Under the pieces are notes generated by a model that was given only the letters and a program-made list of their open reading frames with translations, did not search any database and was not told the origin of the DNA. This document shows positions 10,001 to 16,300 of a stretch of DNA of 34,627 nucleotides, piece after piece. Location: assembly GCA_016209245.1 (NCBI GenBank), contig JACQWN010000247.1, positions 1 to 34,627 of the forward strand. The letters are read 5' to 3'. The stretch comes from Bacteroidia bacterium (GTDB taxonomy: Bacteria; Bacteroidota; Bacteroidia; Bacteroidales; BM523). The translations under genes and the position numbers were made by a program. Within the stretch, counting starts at the first letter, position 1. Each line of letters starts with the position of its first letter.

Positions 10001-11378
10001 TTACTGCACATGCAGAACCGGCGTTTTGCCCTGGGCATGTATTATTTGTTTGTACGGTGACTGAGCCGGGCGGTACGCCAAATATAGCGGTGCTGCCCGA
10101 GGCGTTTATTTCAAAACCGTTACCTCCCGGAGTCCAATCGTTAACCATAAAATAATAGTACTGTCCGGCGCTAACCGCTAAAGTAGCAACCCATCCATCG
10201 CCCAGAACATCTTCGGAAAAATCGCTTGCACCGTTTCCCATTCCCGTGCTACCGGCTCCTTCAGCATAAGAACAGCGGACAGGAGCGGTGCTGTTAATAC
10301 TGCCGCATGGGACATTGGGACCCCATAAAGAAAAATCATAATCATCGCTACCAACAACCGGATTAATGGTTAACGCAAGAGTTCCGCCTGTCCCGATATA
10401 AATCTTGTACCAATTCGAATAGTTTTCACTTATCACACATCCGTTACATTCTGAAGTCAGCCCGGGTCCTGTAGCGACTCCTGTAACAGGTGTATTTCCG
10501 CATATAGAATTTGCTGCTGTGCAGTTATTATCTTCTGTTGCGGTAGGCCCGCCGGAGCAAGCTACACATGAAAGAGTTGCAGCCCATCCTGACGCATTTA
10601 CCGAGCCATCAGAATTAAAACGGAAGCCCAGACAGCCGCTCGCATCTGTTGAAGTTAGTACGCCAGGACTAGTAGCTCCGCTAAATGACCCTAATGATGG
10701 ACTGCCTTGTGTGGCGCCATTCAAAATATTTAAATAATCGAAACCCGATTCAGTGTTAAAAGATGTGAAAGTTACCCGGATACAATTACCAGGTTGGCTT
10801 GGACAGAATGTACGATAAATATAATTAATATTATCTGAATAATTGCCGGCTGCTCCGCCGTTGTCATAATAATTTGCATTGCAGGTGCTTACCATACAGG
10901 CTCCAAGATATGTATTCTGCAATCCTGTAGTTGGATGATTATAACTGGCAAGAGGTGGCGAGCAGCTTACTGAAAGCGTCATACAAGTTGACTGGTCAAC
11001 GCAATAATATTTGTCAACAAGAACACGAACAATTCCGGTAAAGGTAGCTGTCCATGTTATAGTTGAAGGACCAGCAAATGTTCCGCATCCATCATCGTCA
11101 TAACTAATTTGCGCTCCGGTACCTTGGTTGTACGTGGTAATTTGAGTATCAAAATCAGTATCACCGCATGTCTGAAAAGTGTATGTATTACCTGATACAA
11201 CGCTAACGGTGCAATATTCGCCGCCGAAAATACAGGATGTTGAATTAGTTCCGGGACAGGACGGGGGCGTTAAGTCAACCCACAGCGTATTATCGTTAGC
11301 ACACTGCGAAAAAACGCGTGTGGAAAAAATAAACCCTGATAATGAAATTGCTATAAAGCAATAGAATAGTCTTTTCAT
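1065..11378 (-). CDS. Giant (3437 aa) SprB-repeat cell-surface adhesin with a T9SS type B (gliding-motility-associated) C-terminal sorting domain
   Basis: A single uninterrupted ORF in the track. The signal peptide is MKRLFYCFIAISLSGFIFSTRVFS|Q. A non-repeat head spans aa 26-435. I count 38 tandem units of about 72-76 aa with the consensus TNVxCxGxxxGxAxxxxSGGTxPYxYLWSxGxTTQDIxxLxAGTYxVTVTDANGCTxTxSVTITQP (SprB-type repeat, PF13573-like). The last 93 aa form a type B CTD. Confidence 0.93.
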   Translation of the reverse strand: MKRLFYCFIAISLSGFIFSTRVFSQCANDNTLWVDLTPPSCPGTNSTSCIFGGEYCTVSVVSGNTYTFQTCGDTDFDTQITTYNQGTGAQISYDDDGCGTFAGPSTITWTATFTGIVRVLVDKYYCVDQSTCMTLSVSCSPPLASYNHPTTGLQNTYLGACMVSTCNANYYDNGGAAGNYSDNINYIYRTFCPSQPGNCIRVTFTSFNTESGFDYLNILNGATQGSPSLGSFSGATSPGVLTSTDASGCLGFRFNSDGSVNASGWAATLSCVACSGGPTATEDNNCTAANSICGNTPVTGVATGPGLTSECNGCVISENYSNWYKIYIGTGGTLALTINPVVGSDDYDFSLWGPNVPCGSINSTAPVRCSYAEGAGSTGMGNGASDFSEDVLGDGWVATLAVSAGQYYYFMVNDWTPGGNGFEINASGSTAIFGVPPGSVTVQTNNTCPGQNAGSACAVINAGLPPYTFSWNTGQNTQCINNLTPGTYTVTVFDGSGCNSVASGTVGNFGSPSISFTVITNVNCFGQSTGAIDMTPSGGTPGYSYWWTGPFGFTASTQDISNRPAGTYNVTVTDANGCIATSSTTITQPAAALSGSTLITNVQCFGQSTGAIDLTPSGGTPGYSYLWNTGAVTQDLSNRPAGTYTVTITDSKGCTATVSATITQPGSAVSVTTTTTNVACFGQSTGSATANPSGGAGGYSYSWNTGANTQTITNRPAGTYTVTVTDANGCTATASATITQPPSGVSVTASQTSVSCFGGSNGSATANPAGGTPGYSYLWNTGANTQTITNRPAGTYTVTVTDAGGCTATASVTITQPPSGVTVTTTQTNVTCFGGSNGSATANPSGGTPGYSYLWNTGANTQTITNRPAGTYTVTVTDAGGCTGTASVTITQPASAVSVSITQTNVACFGGSTGSATANPAGGTPGYTYSWSTGAISQTITNLPAGTYFVTVFDANGCTSTGSVTVTQPASAVSASIVGTNVTFFGGSDGVANLTPSGGTPGYTYLWNTGAISQDLTNIPAGTYCVTVTDANGCTTSACITITQPGSPLTATIIGTNVTCNGGNNGIADLSVSGGVAPYTYLWSNSATSQDISGLTAGTYTVTVTDNNSVTTTASVTITQPTVLSSNIIATNVTCQGLSDGSADLTVSGGASPYSYLWNTGVTTQDISGLPEGTYCVTVTDANSCTASTCITITQPPKMNTTLTGTNVLCYGAATGATDLTVTGGIPPYTYLWNPGGATSQDLSNITAGTYSVTITDANACSNVVSINITQPASGISLTTSQTNVLCNGNSTGSATVNPSGGTPGYSYLWSTGAQTQGIASLPAGLYYVTVTDANSCTATTSVTITQPAVLSLITTGTDATCNGTCNGTATVTPSGGTAPYSYIWSNLQTTPTANNLCDGTYNITVTDFNGCTATDSQVINEPASITLSSTFTNSVCGGATGTIDLTVGGGIVPYTYLWSNGSTTQDISGLSAGAYTVTVSDNNSCTLTITANISDAGAPAATITSSTNVSCNGGSDGSATVTVSSGTSPYDYEWSTGASSMNDPLLTNTVNGLSAGNVSVTVTDALNCAANATVLITQPAVLNASITSFSNATCDGGANGSATVAANGGTPIYTYFWTGGQANAMAINLSAGIYGVTVTDAEGCTVTTSVTITDPDPVTATITGTDASCFGGSTGIANLTPGGGAAPYTYSWLPGGSTSQDLTNISAGIYNVTVTDANGCTGTGSITIGQPSAALAVTTSQNNVACFGNSTGSATATPTDGTSPYTYLWNVGPTTQTISNLSAGTYCVTITDANSCTTTACVTITQPAAALSVLTSQINVACSSDSTGSATANPTGGTPGYNYLWTGGVNTQTITGIPLGTYNVTVTDNNGCTATASVSITEPAPVTATIIGTGVSCFGGSNGSADLTPSGGIAPYTYLWSPGGSIGQDLNSITAGVYAVTVTDANGCTATSSVTITQPGAALSASITGSDVTTPGGDDGSADLTVSDGTIPYTFIWSNGESAEDIDSLSAGTYSVIVTDANGCTAAASVTINEPGAISAFISGTNVNCNGESTGEANLTFSGGTPPYTFLWSTGDTTEDLTNLAAGNYFVTVTDANNITATAAVSLNEPPLLTANITATDVTCQGGADGSAYLTVSGGTMPYSYDWSNGNTNPGLYGVPQGIYYVIVTDFKNCTVTDTVTITEPATGISIFSNITNIDCFNNSTGAADIVVSGGASPYSYLWSNGNTNEDLSNVQAGVYGVTVTDDYLCTSSSSVTITQPSSWFTAYIIKTNVSCNGSSDGIADLETSDGTAPFTYLWSDSSSSEDLLGIPPGIYSVTVTDANGCTAIASANITEPGVLTTGVTVYNVDCYGGSTGMIDLSVNGGTMPFYYEWSNGFNSQDLNNVPADTFYVTVTDVNNCSIIDIAIVDQPLSELTASLAGMNVLCYGNYTGSIELTVTGGTSPYMYYWNYGQTDEDLDSINASNNYSVTVVDANYCLATASVAITQPPVITTIMTTNEILCNGDSTGVVDLVVFGGVTPYSYLWNTFPPDTTTSVSNLPGGFYKVTVTDANGCIKVDSVTLLEPMELQIGELIVQDVNCYGESTGSIDISYVQGGRPAYSYSWNNGQSSSSISNVTAGIYMITVTDANGCTDMASDTLTEPDTSLSVSIVLPSVNCYFEYEAFINLTVSGGTQNDSIPYYNYLWNYGQTTEDIDSIGPGLYIVTITDANDCILDTSMSIFSKPHISLVKTDLTCYEMNNGTIIADVGGGNLPFNYLWSTNDTTPVITNLPVGTYSLTVTDVNNCADTALISLTQPDSLFAAIVVTDALCYGDSTGGINLSVFGGTIPYTYLWNSGHTSQDIMNVSSGIYTATVTDVNNCQVVCDSIIISQPTEPLALSFNVTNVTCYNGDDGAIDVTVTGGTPFYTYLWNYGYSTQDIDSLIAGEYEVTITDYYKCKLIDSMLIYQPEELSWSFPEPVPTACGDSTGSATFYEITGGTAPYTWLWSNGETDSVANNLYYGNHNISITDVNNCTATFEFSVNTQGQNNVIPYPVNQILCHGGLGSATVNMPAGIPPFTFLWNDGQTTQTADSLIEGSYSVTITDAIGCTGTASIIIVPAPLNLTLSATPVPVSCRDAGDGQVIMQGTGGVPYYSFTVVLADTSDTIVFQSVDVLSDTATLLLPTTAGYVVLMQDANGCPANSSVTITEPLYLEPGIPAIINVSCYGGNDGLIQMYPAGGNGSYQYLWSNGQFASVAMNLSSGIYYVTITDAKDCDTTMFISVSQPPLIVIEDSVVKTSCRDHHDGEIHLTITGGTGEYSFDWSDGQISNPATELVIGKYYVTVRDEYDCSMFDTIEVGYIQLECLTIPTAFTPNDDNYNDDWELLNIELYRQITIQVFNRWGDKVFESDGSGSEYDGKRWDGTYNGRKLPIGPYMYIIDLHNDLEPYAGTVTIIR
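1068..1346 (-). other. T9SS type B C-terminal sorting domain (TIGR04131 / CHU_C-like) of giant gene 1
   Basis: The sequence ECLTIPTAFTPNDDNYNDDWELLNIELYRQITIQVFNRWGDKVFES...KRWDGTYNGRKLPIGPYMYIIDL...YAGTVTIIR carries the IPxAFTPNxDxxND, FNRWGxxVF, WDGxxNGxxLPxGxY and terminal GxVTxIR signatures of the gliding-motility-associated C-terminal domain. Confidence 0.9.
1350..10060 (-). repeat. In-frame coding tandem-repeat array of giant gene 1 (SprB-type units, mostly 216-228 bp)
   Basis: The ITQP-coding unit boundaries at 8245, 8473, 8701, 8929, 9157, 9385 and 9613 are in exact 228-bp register. Neighbouring units share long identical runs, for example gcaaccaccggcatcggtaactgttacagtataagttcctgccgg at 8733-8777 and 8961-9005. 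Units become more divergent toward the 3' end of the gene. Confidence 0.9.
10083..11303 (-). other. Non-repeat N-terminal head of giant gene 1: PPC-like / CUB-like / PPC-like segments
   Basis: aa 26-139 (GNTYTFQTCGDTDFDTQITTYNQGTGAQISYDDDGCG...TFTGIVRVLVDKYY) and aa 286-432 (WYKIYIGTGGTLALTINPVVGSDDYDFSLWGPN...GQYYYFMVNDW) look like pre-peptidase-C-terminal-type beta-sandwiches. aa 161-271 (YYDNGGAAGNYSDNINYIYRTFCP...IRVTFTSFNTESGFDYLNILNG...FRFNSDGSVNASGWAATLSC) follows the CUB pattern. Assignment is by motif only. Confidence 0.5.
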
Positions 11379-11406
11379 AATAGATAATTTTATTAATTAT
11401 TAATCT

Positions 11407-11445
11407 AAATTCAATTGTTATATTGTTATAAATTCAATTGTTATA
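11407..11445 (-). promoter_or_regulatory. Two 16-bp direct repeats (AAATTCAATTGTTATA) upstream of giant gene 1; candidate operator or promoter element
   Basis: Identical 16-mers lie at 11407-11422 and 11430-11445, 23 bp apart start to start. Each contains the palindrome CAATTG. They sit 29-67 bp upstream of the ATG at 11378. No canonical TAnnTTTG box was found in this intergenic region. Confidence 0.35.
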
Positions 11446-11513
11446 CCATTTTACGTTCTAAAATATAATTTGTAATTTGGGTCAAATCTCTCCGGTTGCC
11501 CTATCCGGTCATT

Positions 11514-12584
11514 TTACAGTTTGTCTATTTCGTCTAATGATAATTGAGTTTTTTTATGAATTTCTTCAGGTGAAACACCGTTCTCTTTTAACATTTTGGC
11601 AAAAGATAATATTATATTGTTTTTTTGGTTTAAAGCTTTATCCTTTTCTTGACTTAATTCTTTTTCATTATCCAATTGTTCTTTTGTGTTATCCAATTGT
11701 TCCATATAGTAGCTTATCTTATTATCCCTGTCAATTAATGCCTGCAAATATTCATCCTCGGCATGCATTTGTTCTTCAAGAGAGGGATTGTCGATAGATG
11801 CCGATTGCAACCGCTTAATTACTCTGTCTAAAAAGCCTGGAAAAAATTTCCGTATCAATCGCAAACGATGTTCGTTGTCTTTTACTTTCGATTTCTGGTC
11901 AAAAAGTTTTAATAAAGCATACAATTTGCTTTTGTACTCATCGTTTTCGTATTCAGCCTGTTCTATGTTATACAAGTTTGGCAGTTGAACTACCCATATA
12001 TTATAGCTTAAATTGTCGATGAATTCGTTGTATTTTTGAAGTTGTTTGTTTTTAAATACGCCTGTTTTTATCCTGTCTGTCTTTATCAGTAAATCGTTGA
12101 TTTCGTTTTCTATCCTGAAGTTCAGGATAAATATGGGAATCAACCGAATGGGTTTGTTTATTGTTATTACGGCTTGTGTTTCAGGATCAATAATTTCCTT
12201 TTCCTGTTTTTTTTGAAAATTTTTGCTGATGTAGCGTTTAAATCTAAAAATATCGTCAGGTTCGCTCGCCTTTTGTATTTCTATCATTATCAATTCTTCA
12301 GTACCGTCGGGCAATTCTACGGTTGCAGTAAAATCAAGGTGAAACAACCTGATGTCGTCTTGTGTTTTGGGGTCTTCTATTGTAAAGTCTTCCGGTTTTT
12401 TCTTTTTTTCGGTATGCGTTAAGGGTTCTAAGTGCAATTTTGTTATTTTTTCGTTTATTAATGTTGAAAGAACAATCATAGCGCTTTCGGGATCATCCAT
12501 TAAATACCTGAAAACCACATCATAGATAGGATTGGGGATGATGATATATTCGCTTTCGCTGCCTGTATTTTTTATATCGCTCAT
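11514..12584 (-). CDS. PD-(D/E)XK nuclease family protein, Rpn-like (recombination-promoting nuclease / putative transposase, PDDEXK_2-type)
   Basis: 356-aa ORF. The N-terminal segment PNPIYDVVFRYLM resembles the NP..D..FK.lf motif. The nuclease core is FHLDFTATVELPDGTEELIMIEIQKA (D...E.Q.). There is a long coiled-coil-like, Glu/Lys/Gln-rich region. The C-terminal helix-turn-helix-like tail LKENGVSPEEIHKKTQLSLDEIDKL is typical of this family. Confidence 0.65.
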   Translation of the reverse strand: MSDIKNTGSESEYIIIPNPIYDVVFRYLMDDPESAMIVLSTLINEKITKLHLEPLTHTEKKKKPEDFTIEDPKTQDDIRLFHLDFTATVELPDGTEELIMIEIQKASEPDDIFRFKRYISKNFQKKQEKEIIDPETQAVITINKPIRLIPIFILNFRIENEINDLLIKTDRIKTGVFKNKQLQKYNEFIDNLSYNIWVVQLPNLYNIEQAEYENDEYKSKLYALLKLFDQKSKVKDNEHRLRLIRKFFPGFLDRVIKRLQSASIDNPSLEEQMHAEDEYLQALIDRDNKISYYMEQLDNTKEQLDNEKELSQEKDKALNQKNNIILSFAKMLKENGVSPEEIHKKTQLSLDEIDKL

Positions 12585-12596
12585 ATTATCTCGACT

Positions 12597-13064
12597 TTAG
12601 TCGTTTTTTTCGATTTTGTATTTTTCCGGTTGAGTTAAAATTTGTTGTTGTTTATTTTCAGGCAAATTATTGAATTCTTCAGGTGTAATTATTTGGACAG
12701 GTTGAGATGAAGAAACATTATCAAATATTTTTTGATATTCTTCATAATTGTTCTGATATAACAGATATTTTGCTTTTTTATAATTTTGTTCATCCGCCTC
12801 TTTATTCCCGCTCGGAGTGTACCCGGGTATTTTAAGAGTTCCATCCTCATTATAACTGGAATTTTTTTTCGAAGAATGAGCAGCAGGAATGTCTGTCCTG
12901 TACTTTGAGGTTATACCTTCCGGCATATTCGTGCCGATAATATTACCTTCATTATCAAGATAAATAGTTTCACCTTCTTTCATATCATAGCCGCTTTGCG
13001 AAAAACTGCTCATAGAGATATAAAACAAGGTAAATACTGATAAGATTACATTAGTTATTTTCAT
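12597..13064 (-). CDS. Small secreted hypothetical protein (155 aa)
   Basis: ORF from the track. The signal peptide is MKITNVILSVFTLFYISMSSFS|QS. I recognise no family. Its stop lies 12 nt upstream of the start of the PD-(D/E)XK gene, so the two are probably co-transcribed. Confidence 0.6.
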   Translation of the reverse strand: MKITNVILSVFTLFYISMSSFSQSGYDMKEGETIYLDNEGNIIGTNMPEGITSKYRTDIPAAHSSKKNSSYNEDGTLKIPGYTPSGNKEADEQNYKKAKYLLYQNNYEEYQKIFDNVSSSQPVQIITPEEFNNLPENKQQQILTQPEKYKIEKND

Positions 13065-13100
13065 AAAAATATTATTAAGGATTTAATAAATTTTATATAA

Positions 13101-13298
13101 AATTTTCATGCAAAGTTAGCATTAAAGAATTGCCATGAATTGCACGAATTAAAATTTTTACGCAAAGTTCACAAAATTTTCACGCAAAGTTTTCTTCCCG
13201 CTGACACCGACGGCTAAAGCCTTTGGCGTCGGACGATTTCGCTGATATCCGCAGATACAAAAATTTTTTCTGCAAAATCTGCGAAATTTGCGTGAATT
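13101..13298. repeat. Intergenic cluster of short degenerate direct and inverted repeats and hairpins (includes a candidate -7 box)
   Basis: GCAAAGTT, preceded by AATTTTYAYG-like sequence, occurs at 13110-13117, 13162-13169 and 13184-13191. An inverted, related copy (complement TTCACGCAAATTT) lies at about 13285-13297. The words CATGAATT, CACGAATT and CGTGAATT recur, and CTGCAAAAT / CTGCGAAAT are in tandem at 13270-13287. There is a hairpin CGCAGAT(13250-13256)...ATCTGCG(13277-13283) and a GC-rich hairpin CCGACG...CGTCGG at about 13207-13232. The complement of 13111-13118 is TAACTTTG, which fits the TAnnTTTG -7 consensus 47 nt upstream of the ATG at 13064. Confidence 0.5.
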
Positions 13299-13335
13299 AT
13301 TTAATAGCTCACAGTATAAATAGTAACAATTTTAT

Positions 13336-16300
13336 TTATTTTATAACAACTAACTTCCCTTGTGAAATAATTTCTTGCCCTTCAAAAATACGGAATAGAT
13401 ATACTCCATTATCTAAAATATCGTTATTAATAATAGTGTGGTGGTTATTTGCATTTAATGGATAATAAGCGACAACGGTTCCTTGCATATTTTGAATGAC
13501 CAACATGCCATCCTGTTTTGACTGGAAATAGTAATCCAGTTGCATATTACCGTTGTTTGGATTGGGAAATAGCATGGCATAGGAAGTAACTTCTTGTACC
13601 GGCTTTTTAATTGGTTCGGTTCCGGGTTCTTCTTCACCTGCAAAAAAAAGATTTTTCAAACCTGCTGTTGCAGGGCATTGGGCATACTTTACAGCGAGCA
13701 GTTCATAAGTCAGATTGTTAGCGTACCATTGACTTTGTGAACCTGTACCATAGATGTTATTGTTTGACGATATAACAATATCTGAAAAACTATAATAACC
13801 AGGGTCGGAATACGGTACTGTCCATATCAATTCACCATTATTACTATATTTTTGTAATAAATAAGAATCGGGCAATACATAAATATTTCCCGAGTTGTCT
13901 ATTTCCATATCCCAGAGTTCATTTGGCACTTCCCATAATTTTGCACCAGTAATATTATCATATTTATATAAGCCATATTCGCCAATGGCGATTACATCAT
14001 AATTGTTATCAACCGCTACTTTCTTTAAATTCAAATCAGGTTGAATCCATTGCATAGCGCCATTACTATCGTATTTAATTATTCCTTTTCTACCTGCTCC
14101 AAAAATATTATTATTATTATCAGCAGTTATATCGCTAACAAAAACACCATATTCATAAAAATTAGTTCTTTCCCACAAAAGAATTCCGTTTGCATTAAAC
14201 TTTGCAATATAATATGAAGAATTACCATCAGATATATTTGAATTATAACCACCAATTATTATATTATTTTCATTATCAAGAGAAATAGCATTAATTATTT
14301 GACCGGTATTTATTGGAGGAGCGGGGTTTTGTACCCATAGTAAATTACCATTTATATTATATTTTAGTAAAAAGAAGCCCGTTGCTTGTGGAGTTTGTTT
14401 CATTCCACAGATGTATGTATTCCCTGCATTGTCCACTGCCATAACCGGTGCAAATATTCCATAATATTTTGACTGCCATAGTTCAGCTCCATTGGAATCA
14501 TATTTAATAGTTACATATTCTGATGTTTGATTTTGCATATTATAGCTTAACCCCGAAACATAAACATTCGACAAAGTGTCGGCATATATTGTATAGGCGA
14601 TATCCATTGAATTGCCAATACCATTATAAGTTTGAACCCATTGTAAGAGCCCATTTGTGTTGTACTTTAAAGTAATATAATCAAAAGAGGTGCCTGGTGA
14701 TAATATATACCCGGTTACAAACAGATTGCCATTAAGGTCTATTACCTGTCCTTGAGAATTAATCGAATCTGCTACGCTGTATTTTGATAACCAAACCCTG
14801 TTTACATTGCTTAAGGTCAGGATGATGTTTTCGTCGGCCATCCATTCGGCGAGGGTTTTGAATACGGGTGGTTGCAATTGGAAGCCGTCAATCGTGGCAA
14901 AAGAATAAAGCGCAGCAGGGTCGAGCTTGCTCGTTTCAAAATAGCTGTATTTAAAGCTGCCGTCTGTTCCGGTCACAGCAGGTGTAACAGAAGGTACAAC
15001 TACTATCGCCTCGTCAATAAGCGCAATTTTATAACCCTCAACAGGCATTCCGCCGCAACCGGCGTTTTCGACAACCGTTCCTTCAATGCTCAAATCTTTT
15101 GAAATTGCAGGTTCGAACGGCAGAATAATTCGTTCAGGATAATTTCCAATACCTGCTTGTTCAAGAAGTAATTGTGCCCCTATATATGCATAAGGATTTT
15201 CAGAATCTGCAACCTGTTCAAGAAATGTCAGATTATTATTTACGATAGTAACAAGCTGTTCAGGGTTTTGTCTTATCTGTTCCAATATCTCCTGAAGAGT
15301 GATATATTGTAAAATTTGACTCTTCTTATATTCATTCAGATTTATTATTAGCGGTTGAAGCTCGTTTAATGCCTGCGCCGCTTCGGAATACATTCCCAAT
15401 CTGTTGAAATAAGAAATAAGCAGCATTTTTGCCCTGTAATCATTTTCGTTGTTCAACAATGTAATAAGCGAGTCGCTGTATGCCGGAACAGTATCATTAT
15501 TAAGGCAAACGCCAATGGCTTCCTGTAGTAATATTAGCCGGTCGGCTTTCATGTCGGCAAGCTTTGCATAGCTTTCATCAACTACCGATACACCTGTTTG
15601 TTGTTGTACAACCTGTTGCATGAAGGGCGGCGGAAGCCATGTATTTGGTAATTCAGCTTTTGCAACGCGGGGCAATGGCGAATTGGCAAGAAGAACAACA
15701 CGTTTCTTGTTAGGTTGTCCTTTAAAAGTAATTTTCATAAATTCAACCAATACCTTTCCAGATGCATAAGGCGCTATGCCAATTAAATCCTGGCAAAGAG
15801 CTGAATAATTTTTGGGTTTTACAGTAACAATTCTTTCAAGTAATAGATCTGTATGACCACCGTCAATTGAATTATTAAGCACCGAATCAAAAGCAGCTAT
15901 TGCAGTATTTTGCGCTAACAGGTTATTTGAAATCGCTGTAATTGGCAGTGGTGGCTTGACGATTAGCGATGGACAAGCTTCGTTAATGACAAAATCTGAA
16001 ATATCTCCGGGAAATAAATGCACATAAACCGGAAATGTATATTCGACTTTAGGTTGTGTCTCATCATTATTGGGATAATAGTAATATTCATATTCGTAAC
16101 TATAATATTGTCCGATTGGCCATGGACGGTTTCCAACATAAAATTCTGAGTTATATCCCACTATAACCGGGTCGTACAGATGGTCAAATATATTTCCAAC
16201 AGGTATGGAGATATCAAGGTCGCCATCATATTCCCGCTGTCGCATAGCTATTGTGCCTTCAATAACGGCTAAAGCATATTTATTGTCTTTAAAATGATTG

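Noticed and set aside
1350-10060. The regular periodicity of about 220-230 bp, which could suggest a CRISPR array or satellite.
   Set aside because: The repeats are long, in-frame and coding, with no short conserved repeat plus unique spacer structure, and no cas genes are present. The same reasoning applies to 23400..34627.
1110-11364. Plus-strand ORFs listed inside giant gene 1, for example 6535..6783, 6988..7233, 8023..8340 and 10519..10737.
   Set aside because: They are antisense to an uninterrupted 3437-codon gene. Their peptides are simply the complement of the repeat (SVTVT... mirrors of TVTD...). They have no start-site context or family resemblance. They are by-products of the biased repeat composition.
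11477-12422. Plus-strand ORFs 11477..11797, 11788..11988 and 12174..12422.
   Set aside because: They are antisense to the well-supported PD-(D/E)XK gene. Their Phe/Leu-rich low-complexity peptides are typical of the antisense of Lys/Glu-rich coding sequence.
13223-13465. The 80-aa plus-strand ORF spanning the repeat-rich spacer and the 3' end of the protease gene.
   Set aside because: It starts at a TTG inside a hairpin, overlaps the type A CTD coding region on the opposite strand, and has a low-complexity peptide with no family resemblance.
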